Origin: Candidatus Woesearchaeota archaeon
GTDB taxonomy: Archaea > Nanobdellota > Nanobdellia > Pacearchaeales > GW2011-AR1
Direction: 5' to 3'
DNA: 64,000 nt
Assembly: GCA_964594115.1 (NCBI GenBank)
Contig: CAZQLD010000003.1
Location: 4,225-68,224 of the forward strand
The translations under genes were made by a program, and so were the position numbers. This document shows, piece by piece, positions 1-8,400 of the stretch. Under the pieces are notes generated by a model. The model saw only the letters and a list, made by a program, of their open reading frames with translations. It did not search any database and had not been told where the DNA came from. The stretch's first letter is position 1, and every line of letters starts with the position of its first letter.

Positions 1-1266
1 GCAGCAGTATGTACTAAAAAATGGGCTTGCGGAGATTGGGAAACATGCCGTAATGTAGAAGAGTCCCTAACAGAAGGAATCCTATCTGGAGAAGAATACA
101 GGGAAGCCAAAGAGAAATGTTTATTAAAGAAATGGGATGAAAAATTTTGCGGATTTCAAACTAGAATCTGTTTTGATGTTAATAGATGTGACCCAAGTGA
201 CAGAGAAAAAACAGAAATCCAAGAATGTTATTATACTGAAGACCCAAATTGCGACGATGGTATAAAAAATTGCCATGACGGAGCATGTGAATTATTAGTA
301 GATTGTGGAGGCCCTTGCCCACCATGCCCAACATGCTCTGATGGAATCCAAAATCAAGGAGAAAAAGGAATAGATTGTGGAGGCCCCTGTCCTTGGTCTT
401 GCCCTACTGAAAGTCCTATAACAGCCCAAACAAGAAGGCGACTCTTGTATTCCATACTAATCCTATTAATAATCCTATTAATATATATTCTTTATAAAAT
501 TTATAGAGTACTCAAGCTTAAGAGGAGGATCAAAAGACCAGAAATAAGAGCCAAAAAAATAAAACCAACACAGAAGTTCTTCATTATTCTTGGGATTCTT
601 CTTGTTATTATTATTCTAGGTTTAATCTTCTTTTACTTTTATTCACGATTTAATGTTGGAGATTTCGTTTATAAAAAAGATTTAAGGAATCTTATAGGGG
701 AAATCCAAAATACTTCTATACTCTTAAATCCTTTTATCCACTGGCAAGACGGCAGATATAGCAGAGAATCTTTATTTAGTATAGGAAAAGTTAATTATCT
801 AGATGAACAAGAAATCAGGAATATTCTTAAGGCAAATAATGAACAAGAACTCAGTCTTTATTCTTGGACTTCAAAAGGAGAGGCAACTGACCCCGAAATG
901 CCAATCAAAACTGTAGAAGATTTAAGAAAATACACTATAAAAACTACAGAAAAAGACTGCCTGCCTGGTTTTATTTGTGGATCTTGGAGTGATTGCGAAG
1001 TAAATTATAACTTTGATAATATAGCAACCGGAAAACTAACTTCTGGACAGCAGTATAGATATTGTAAAGACTATACTGAATGTATGTCTGATTTCATTTA
1101 CCTAAGAAAGTGTGAAATAGACGCTCCTATAACTATAAAGAGAGCTCAATCAGAAAGGAGAGAATATCTTGAGCTGTATAATACAGAAAATAAACTTATT
1201 GCACGTATAACTAAAGAAAAAATTAGAGGTGTGGATAGACTGGATATAACAATTATTATAGACTAA
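1..1266 (+). CDS. Cysteine-rich modular membrane/surface protein, 5' end outside window
   Basis: Frame 1 has no stop from nt 1 into tracked ORF 445..1266, whose tracked start is an internal TTG. Two DCGGPC modules (VDCGGPCPPC, IDCGGPCPWSC) and WACGDWETC precede two hydrophobic helices (LLYSILILLIILLIYILY, FFIILGILLVIIILGLIFFYFY). The C-terminal domain repeats the motif as FICGSWSDC. Confidence 0.6.
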   Translation, partial: AAVCTKKWACGDWETCRNVEESLTEGILSGEEYREAKEKCLLKKWDEKFCGFQTRICFDVNRCDPSDREKTEIQECYYTEDPNCDDGIKNCHDGACELLVDCGGPCPPCPTCSDGIQNQGEKGIDCGGPCPWSCPTESPITAQTRRRLLYSILILLIILLIYILYKIYRVLKLKRRIKRPEIRAKKIKPTQKFFIILGILLVIIILGLIFFYFYSRFNVGDFVYKKDLRNLIGEIQNTSILLNPFIHWQDGRYSRESLFSIGKVNYLDEQEIRNILKANNEQELSLYSWTSKGEATDPEMPIKTVEDLRKYTIKTTEKDCLPGFICGSWSDCEVNYNFDNIATGKLTSGQQYRYCKDYTECMSDFIYLRKCEIDAPITIKRAQSERREYLELYNTENKLIARITKEKIRGVDRLDITIIID

Positions 1267-1340
1267 TGCCTCTGACAGGATTCGAACCTGCGACCCCTTG
1301 CTTAGAAGGCAAGTGCTCTATCCAACTGAGCTACAGAGGC
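1267..1340 (-). tRNA. tRNA-Arg (anticodon TCT)
   Basis: The reverse complement folds as a cloverleaf: acceptor GCCTCTG/CAGAGGC, D arm GCTC..GAGC, anticodon stem CTTGC/GCAAG with loop CTTCTAA, T arm GCAGG-TTCGAAT-CCTGT, discriminator A. 74 nt. Confidence 0.9.
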
Positions 1341-1418
1341 ATAAAAATAAGAGAAAATAATTATATTTAAATCTTAGCAAAAAGAAAACCTTAAAACCCC
1401 TTTTCACCTTAAAAATCC

Positions 1419-2315
1419 ATGAAAATACCACTAATCTTCTTAGGAACAAGTCAAGCTATACCAACAGCCAAAAGAAACCATACAGCCATGCTTTTGCAAT
1501 ACAAAAATGAAAATATTTTAATAGATTGTGGCGAGGGCACACAAAGACAGTTCAGAAAAGCTAAAATTAATCCAGGAAAAGTTAATAGAATACTAATAAG
1601 CCACTGGCACGGAGATCATGTTCTCGGACTACCGGGTTTGTTTCAAACACTTGTACTTAGCAATTATAATAAAAAAATGTATATTTATGGCCCTAAAAAA
1701 ACAAAGATTTTCATTAAACAATTAATCAGACCATTTATTCCTGTACTTAAATTTAAGATAGAAGTTAGTAATGTTTCAGGAAAATTTCTTGAAACATCTG
1801 ATTTTTACATTGAAGCCTTTTCTCTAAAACACGGTCCTCCCTGCAATGCTTACTCTTTTGTAGAAAAAGATAAAATAAGAATTGATAAGAAAAAACTAAA
1901 AAAATTGAAAATTCCCCCCTCTCCTCTATTATCTAAGCTACAACAAGGAAAAAATATAAAATATAAAGGAAAGATAATCAAAGCAAAATACATAACTTAT
2001 AAAGAAAAAGGAAAGAAAATAACAATAATTCTAGATACAGCTTTAACTGAAAACTGTTACAAAGCAGCTAAAAATGCAGATTTACTTATAGCAGAAGCAA
2101 CCTATGCAAATGAAGAAAAACAACTCGCAAAAGAGTATAAACATCTTACTGCAGCACAAGCAGCAATAATTGCAAAAAAATCTAAAGTTAAAAAACTTAT
2201 CTTAACCCATATAAGCCAGAGATATCAAAAAAACGAAAAAATACTATTAAAACAAGCTAGAAAAATCTTTCCTAAAACAGAGATAGCAGAAGACTTAGAT
2301 AAAATAGAGGTTTAA
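1419..2315 (+). CDS. rnz: Ribonuclease Z (tRNA 3' endonuclease, metallo-beta-lactamase fold)
   Basis: HWHGDHVLGLPGL histidine motif. N-terminus FLGTSQAIPTAKRNHTAMLL..IDCGEGTQRQ. C-terminal LTHISQRY. About 300 aa, typical of short RNase Z. Confidence 0.85.
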   Translation: MKIPLIFLGTSQAIPTAKRNHTAMLLQYKNENILIDCGEGTQRQFRKAKINPGKVNRILISHWHGDHVLGLPGLFQTLVLSNYNKKMYIYGPKKTKIFIKQLIRPFIPVLKFKIEVSNVSGKFLETSDFYIEAFSLKHGPPCNAYSFVEKDKIRIDKKKLKKLKIPPSPLLSKLQQGKNIKYKGKIIKAKYITYKEKGKKITIILDTALTENCYKAAKNADLLIAEATYANEEKQLAKEYKHLTAAQAAIIAKKSKVKKLILTHISQRYQKNEKILLKQARKIFPKTEIAEDLDKIEV

Positions 2316-2337
2316 AATAACATTTTCTAAGAAAATC

Positions 2338-2625
2338 TTACTCTTTCTTCCCAATTTCCGTACTTTCTACTAGCCTCTTTTCTGTAGCTATTGTTGATGC
2401 TGGAGAAATAAATATTATTGTGTCTCCCCTTAAAAAAGTTAACCCTATATTTCTCTTAACGCTCCCTCCAGACATCTCTTTTGCATTATCCATCACTACA
2501 TTGATATGTATATCAAATGCTAAAAGTGTTCCAACTAACTGCCTATCGCTTTTCAATTGCACAAAAACTTCCTTTCCTTTTGAATTGTTCAAAAGGTCAA
2601 GAGGCCTTTCTATACCATTAACCAT
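2338..2625 (-). CDS. Sm-like archaeal protein (LSm/SmAP)
   Basis: Sm1/Sm2-like core RPLDLLNNSKGKEVFVQLKSDRQLVGTLLAFDIHINVVMDNAKE...RGDTIIFISP. ATG start confirmed at 2625. Confidence 0.8.
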   Translation of the reverse strand: MVNGIERPLDLLNNSKGKEVFVQLKSDRQLVGTLLAFDIHINVVMDNAKEMSGGSVKRNIGLTFLRGDTIIFISPASTIATEKRLVESTEIGKKE

Positions 2626-2706
2626 ATCAAAGCTTTGATAAATTAGTTTTTAAAGTTTTCTCTAGTAAAGAATATATTTTCTAAAAAGAAAAATTCATTA
2701 GAAAGG

Positions 2707-2714
2707 TTTAAATA
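2707..2714 (+). promoter_or_regulatory. TATA box (TTTAAATA) for the leaderless S8e gene
   Basis: The TATA centre lies about 25-26 nt upstream of the ATG at 2736. The same spacing is seen at L44e (14119..14126 vs 14148) and SRP54 (19782..19789 vs 19811). Confidence 0.5.
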
Positions 2715-2735
2715 GAAATTTTTCTCAAAAATTTC

Positions 2736-3122
2736 ATGAGAAAAGGAAGAAAAATATCTGGAGGAAGATATAAAAAACAGAGAAAGAAAAAGCTCTATGA
2801 GAAAAAAGGAAAAGTAAGAGTAGTGAAACTTAAACCTCTTAAAAGAAAAGAGATTAGAATGAGGGGAGGTAAAACAAAAATAGTCTTACTTTCTACAGAT
2901 GAAGCTAATATACTTAACCAAAAGGCAAAAAAAGCAAAAAAAACTAAGATAAAAAATGTTCTTGAAACTCCTTCAAACAGGTTCTTAGCCAGACAAAACA
3001 TTCTTCTAAAAGGAGCATTAATAGAAACAGAAGCAGGAAAAGCTAGAATAACCAACCGTCCAAGCCAAGAAGGCTGTGTACAAGCTGTTTTAATTGAAGA
3101 AAAAGAAGAAAAAACAGCTTAA
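2736..3122 (+). CDS. rps8e: 30S ribosomal protein S8e
   Basis: Basic N-terminus MRKGRKISGGRYKKQRKKK. Central MRGGKTKIVLL. C-terminal GKARITNRPSQEGCVQAVLIE. 128 aa. Confidence 0.8.
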   Translation: MRKGRKISGGRYKKQRKKKLYEKKGKVRVVKLKPLKRKEIRMRGGKTKIVLLSTDEANILNQKAKKAKKTKIKNVLETPSNRFLARQNILLKGALIETEAGKARITNRPSQEGCVQAVLIEEKEEKTA

Positions 3123-3622
3123 TTTGTTCTAGCATCTATATATTCCTTCATTTTAGGTCCCCATATTTTAACCATTCTTGCCCGTACTTGTTCATCATAA
3201 GGGTTTTCTCTAATCATCTGACTTAACTCACTTCTATCCCTTGCTAATTCTTCCAGCACCTTAAGAACATCTACATTATAATCTACTTTTTTTAAATTCT
3301 GAATGATTGAATTTGGATCTCTCAAAAAATCATTTTGCCATAAGCTCTTCCTCTGAACCCTAGAACACTGAAGGCTAGTTAAATACATTGTAGTTAAATA
3401 TTCTTCACAAGCACTATCAAAAATAAGTGCATTTTCAATTGTAGGATCTTCTCTAAATCTTCTATAAAGTTTAATAAAACCAGATTCCTTAGCAACAACT
3501 CCAGAAAGTTGACTAGGTGCTATATACTGATATACAAAAAGAAACGATGCAAAACCTATTGCAGTAACTCCACCCACCCTAACTAAAAGGGTTCTAAGTT
3601 TACTCTTTTTTTTCATACGCAT
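3119..3622 (-). CDS. Hypothetical N-terminally anchored protein
   Basis: ATG start. Single N-terminal hydrophobic segment VGGVTAIGFASFLFVY followed by a helical-looking soluble domain. No recognisable motif. Confidence 0.5.
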   Translation of the reverse strand: MRMKKKSKLRTLLVRVGGVTAIGFASFLFVYQYIAPSQLSGVVAKESGFIKLYRRFREDPTIENALIFDSACEEYLTTMYLTSLQCSRVQRKSLWQNDFLRDPNSIIQNLKKVDYNVDVLKVLEELARDRSELSQMIRENPYDEQVRARMVKIWGPKMKEYIDARTN

Positions 3623-3666
3623 AAAAGAACAACATAATTTATATAATTATCTCTTAAAGTCAACCG

Positions 3667-3684
3667 AAAGCTTTATAAAGCTTT
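3667..3684. promoter_or_regulatory. Perfect 18-nt palindrome AAAGCTTTATAAAGCTTT centred on a TATA element, between divergent genes
   Basis: Self-complementary by direct reading. Lies between the 3622 (-) and tfb 3721 (+) starts. A second TTTATAAA sits at 3698..3705. Confidence 0.4.
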
Positions 3685-3720
3685 CTCTACCATAAGATTT
3701 ATAAATTTATCTAAAATCAA

Positions 3721-4662
3721 ATGGCTTTTATAAAAAGATGTCCTGAATGTGGAAGTATAAACCTAGTTTATGATGAACAAAAAGGAGAAGTAATTTGTAA
3801 CGACTGTGGACTAGTAGTAGAAGAAAAAATGGTTGATACTGGCCAAGAAATGTACGGCAAATCAGAGTCAGGAGAGAAAAAAGGCAGGGGAGGTGCTCCA
3901 TTAAGTATGCAAAAATTTGACAAAGGTCTTACAACTAATGTTGGGGAGATTTCTGATATCTACAAACTAGAAAGCGGAGCAACAAGAAAATTCTTAAGAT
4001 TAAAGAAATGGCAGGAAAGAGTTTCCACAAGTATAGAAAGAAACCTAAGATTAGCAATGGCAGAGTTAAGGAGAGTTGCTTCATTCTTAAACCTGCCAAC
4101 AGTAGTCAGAGATGAAGCCTCTAGAATATACAATTTTGTATTGCAAAGAGGCCTTGTCCGTGGAAGAAGCATGGAATCTGTTATAGCTGCTTGTATTTAT
4201 TCAGCTTGCAGAAGTTACGATATCCCAAGAACTTTAGATGAAATTTCCAATGCCAGTGATGTAGAAAGAAAAGAAATTGGAAGGACATACCGTTTCATTA
4301 TAAGAAAACTAGGTATAAAAGTTACCCCAAGTTCGCCAAAAGACTACATAAGCAGATTTGGCAGTATTTTGCATCTGTCACCAAAAACACAAAACGATGC
4401 TTTAAAAATCTTAAAAAAAGCTGAAATTTCAGAATTAACATCTGGCAGAGGACCTGCAGGAATTGCTGCAGCTGCATTATATGTTGCTGCACTTCTTAAC
4501 AATGAGAAAAAAACACAAAGAGAAGTAGCAGATGTTGCAGGAATCACAGAAGTCACAATAAGAAACCGCTATAAAGAACTACTAGAAAAACTTCATCTAG
4601 AAGATAAAATTAAGATTAAAGAAGCAGAATCTAGGGTCCAAAAAGGCAAGAAAAAGAAATAA
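3721..4662 (+). CDS. tfb: Transcription initiation factor TFB (TFIIB homolog)
   Basis: N-terminal zinc ribbon CPECGS..CNDCG, two cyclin-like repeats (RGRSMESVIAACIYSACR, GRGPAGIAAAALYVAA), C-terminal VTEVTIRNRYKEL. Confidence 0.9.
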   Translation: MAFIKRCPECGSINLVYDEQKGEVICNDCGLVVEEKMVDTGQEMYGKSESGEKKGRGGAPLSMQKFDKGLTTNVGEISDIYKLESGATRKFLRLKKWQERVSTSIERNLRLAMAELRRVASFLNLPTVVRDEASRIYNFVLQRGLVRGRSMESVIAACIYSACRSYDIPRTLDEISNASDVERKEIGRTYRFIIRKLGIKVTPSSPKDYISRFGSILHLSPKTQNDALKILKKAEISELTSGRGPAGIAAAALYVAALLNNEKKTQREVADVAGITEVTIRNRYKELLEKLHLEDKIKIKEAESRVQKGKKKK

Positions 4663-4730
4663 ATTTTTTCTTTTATTATTATATAACCAACTACAATAAT
4701 TCTTTTAAGTAATTTAATAGAGATTAGTTA

Positions 4731-5276
4731 ATGAAAAAATGCAATTTATGTAAAGAAGCTTCTAATTTTAATTATGGTTTTAAAGGAGAAAATGCTGACC
4801 TAACTAAGCTCCTTATTGTTCTGCACCGCCCAGACATAAGAATTACAGAATATTTTGGAGGGAGCCTCGATGCACTTATGCACTCAGCTACAGGAAGAAT
4901 TTTAGATAAAATATTAGAACAAGCAGGACTTGATTTGCCAGATGTTTATATTACAAACTTTTTCAAATGCCTTCTCCTACAAGACCATAGACCAAGTCCT
5001 GAACAATACAGAAACTGCCTGAGTATTTTCAAACAGCAAGTTGAAGAATTTGAACCAAAAGCAATAGTCATATTTGGTGCAAGACCCTATAAATATATCT
5101 TCCCAGAAGAACGCAAGAAGCACAAAATAACAGAACTAAAAACTGTCCTTTTTTATAATGAAACTCCTTGTCTAGTTTCGATTCACCCAAGCCAGATATG
5201 GAAAAAATTAAATTCTGATTTAAAAAAACCACATATTAAAAGAATAGCTGAATTCATAAAAGAATACACTGGATAG
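4731..5276 (+). CDS. Uracil-DNA glycosylase superfamily protein (family 4/5-like, divergent)
   Basis: N-terminal CNLCK, LIVLHRPD in place of the GExPG motif, YITNFFKC, and C-terminal VSIHPSQ (HPS motif). Recall-based assignment. Confidence 0.5.
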   Translation: MKKCNLCKEASNFNYGFKGENADLTKLLIVLHRPDIRITEYFGGSLDALMHSATGRILDKILEQAGLDLPDVYITNFFKCLLLQDHRPSPEQYRNCLSIFKQQVEEFEPKAIVIFGARPYKYIFPEERKKHKITELKTVLFYNETPCLVSIHPSQIWKKLNSDLKKPHIKRIAEFIKEYTG

Positions 5277-5314
5277 TTAGTTTTTTATATCAATCTTACT
5301 TATTCCCTTAGTAT

Positions 5315-5398
5315 GCGGGGATGCCGGAGTGGACAAACGGAATGCGTTTAGGCCGCATTGGCTTAGTGCCTACGAAGGTTCGAATCCTTCTCCCCGCA
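5315..5398 (+). tRNA. tRNA-Leu (anticodon TAG), class II with long variable arm
   Basis: Acceptor GCGGGGA/TCCCCGC, anticodon stem ATGCG/CGCAT with loop TTTAGGC, variable arm GGCTTAGTGCCTAC, T arm GAAGG-TTCGAAT-CCTTC. Tracked ORF 5321..5506 is spurious. Confidence 0.9.
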
Positions 5399-5415
5399 TT
5401 TTTAGAACTAGAAAG

Positions 5416-8400
5416 TTATTTTTTTAGAATATTAAGAACTTTTTCAAGCATTTCTTTATCTGTATTGCCAATATTCATTATTGTTATTTTTTCTACTTTA
5501 ATATAACCTCCTAAAAAAGTAGTTAGTTCAACAAGTTTGCCTACCCCTTTTAGATAGCCCAGTTCCTTAAGGTCCCCTTCTTCAAGAATCCAACTTCCAT
5601 CTTGAGATCTATTATACCATTTCCCTTTTTCATATTTATAAAGAGACTCTGCATATGGATTTAATTTTTTCATAGAAATAACAACATCCTCTTCTAACAT
5701 ACTATCTGTCCATTCAGTTGTTCCTACTATAATTTTTTCTTCAGGTTTTTCAACAGGATTTTCTGCAGTTTCTGTTCCCCCTTCTGGCACTGGTTTTTCT
5801 GCAGCCCCCCCTCCAGAAGTTATAACTGCTCCTCTGTTGTCACTAGTTTCAGGCTTTATTATTTTAACAATCTCTCCGTATAATCTTCCTAATAACAGAA
5901 ATCCTCTTGCTCTGTGAGAACTACTTGGAGCCAAATAAGCTAATTCATCAAGCTCTTCAACAGTTGTTTTAATTTCATTTTCAATTACTTCTTTTCTAGT
6001 CTCTCCTTTTTTAATTTTCCCAGCTATGTTTTCAATAAACTCTTCAGCATCACTAGCAATCTCTCTGCTTCTTTTAGGAGTCAAATAATCCTTAGCTCCA
6101 ATAACACTTGTATCAACCTCATGAAGAACCTGTGTTTCAATTTCTTTATTTTGAATAACATTCTTAACAGAATCTGTATCTAACCAGCATTTTAATAAGG
6201 GGTCATCACAATAGCCTACCTCTTTCCATCTATCATATGTAGAGTTTGTAGTGTCATACTCCTCTTTTGCACTTACCTGCTTTCCAGGGTTATAAGTAGA
6301 ACACACTCTAACAATCCCCTGATTATACAATTCTGGCTCAGCAAACTCTTCTGCTCCTGCCTGCAAGTTAGGCTGAGCCAATGACAATAAAGAAGGAGTT
6401 CCTGCAACACACTCTCTACTTGTAGTTATCTGCTGCTCAGCTTGTTCTTTTGCATACTGGTCTGAAATATAATTAATTGCAAAGGAAGTTGAAACTTTTC
6501 CAAAATCACACTCATCCTGCCCGTTTATATTCAAACATAATTGCTTATAGCCAGAAGGGGCAATAAAGTCTCTTGCTTCATCTACATGTGCTCCTTTAGC
6601 AAGATATCCTCTATCAACAACATAAGTTTCAGAAGTATAAACATAAACAGAAGCTAGTTCATCAGGAATGTCTTTCAAATAAACAACATAATAAGCTCCT
6701 CTATCGTTTCCAGCATAAATATGGTAATAAACTTTATAATGGGAAGTCGGATAGGGGGTTGCAGTTGTCAAGACATTTTCATCAAACCAAGCATGATACT
6801 GCACTGGAGAATCTGGTTCTGTCAATAAGTCAAAATCAGTAGGATATGTTGTAGAGACAAAACTCTTACAAATTTCAGTTCCAGCTTCTTCAGTTGAACG
6901 GTGAGTAAAGGCCTCCATAGAATTGATGGCATAATCATTCTTAAAATAATCAATTGCACTTTGGGTATTGTCCCAGGCACTCTGGACAGTCAAATATTCT
7001 CCTCCTCCCCTAACACCTTGGCTAAAGAAACTCTCAATTAATCTCGGTATTATAATATCCGCGAAAGGAACTAGTTGCTTCCAAAAGAACTCACATAAGT
7101 AAATACTCTTTATTTCATCACAAATCCCAATATGTCTCCCTGTTTCCAGACTCTCATTTAAACAATCCCTGTGTGCTTTTAAAATAGAAAGATAAGAGTC
7201 AATTCCTGCATGCACTCCTGATAAACAAACAGGAATATAAATCCCTTCTTTAAAATTAGGCAAGCATAAAACCAGGCTTCCAATAATCCCTGTTTGTATT
7301 ACATTATCAACAGGAAACTCTCCTCCTAAATCACATCTTGAAGAAGGACAGATTACAGGATCACAAACATTAAACATTATATTACAATCTGATGGTGACA
7401 TAAAATCAGAACATCTTCCAGCTTCTCCACCAAAAGAAATCCCAGTACTGAATTTTCTGCCATTAATAATTGCATCTTCCTTTCCATAATATCTTGAAGC
7501 TTCTACAAGTGCCTGCTTAGCTCTTCCTACTAGTTCTCTTGATTTTCCTGCATCCATTCCAGGAAAACCTAATTCCTCACTTATTCCATTATAATATCTG
7601 CAAATATCATCTCCTTTTTGTTTAAACTCTATTACTCCATTTCCTCCTACATTACAAATATAATAATTAACTGCTCTTCCAGACTCATCATAAGGCTTGC
7701 CAAAGCCTGATAAAATATACTCCATTTTAACATACCATCCATTATTAACATCAAACGGAACCTCTGCAGGCAACCCTTTATAAGGCGCTCTATCAAAATA
7801 CTTGACTTGCAGTTTTCCAGGATTAGCCATCTTGTTCTCATATGCTTTAGCATTTGACTCTTTAAACTGGGTTGCTTTTTTCAACCCTAAATAGTCTTTA
7901 ACATCTTTATCAATTGCATTATTGGTTTTACCATCAATTGTATAAGCTTTTTCAAAACTGTAAATCCCCTTATCATCCTCTTTAAGTTTAACAATTGTGT
8001 ACGCATTTTTCACATCAGATATTGCTGTAAAACTTGTTGCCTGAAAAGATTCAGAAGCAGGTATAAACACCCTCATAACTTTATTTCCTGTCTTAAGTAT
8101 ATCATCTTCGCTCCCAAAAACAGAATACTTTGTAGAAATATCTGTATTAGTCAAGGTTTTTATATTTGCAAGAGTTATTCTATCTCCATCTAAAAGTGTT
8201 GCCCTAACTCCTAAACCCTTATTTTTTGCTTCTTCTTCAGCAGCAACTCTAGCTTCTTCCCAGTCATGATAATTCTGAGCATTTAAAGCTGTTTTTGCTA
8301 AATCTGTTTTAGTTGCATCTTTTAAAACCTTGCTCGCCCCAGGATTATTTAAGGTGCTATATAAAGTGCTAATATCTTTCATATCTTCAAAACTTCCCCA

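Noticed and set aside
2625-2640. 16-nt palindrome TATCAAAGCTTTGATA at the Sm gene start, sharing AAAGCTTT with the tfb palindrome
   Set aside because: It is real in the sequence but short and AT-rich. Two occurrences are insufficient to call a motif, and it could arise by chance in this composition.
5321-5506. Tracked 61-aa ORF
   Set aside because: It lies on top of tRNA-Leu (5315..5398) and the 3' end of the giant gene. It has no coding features.
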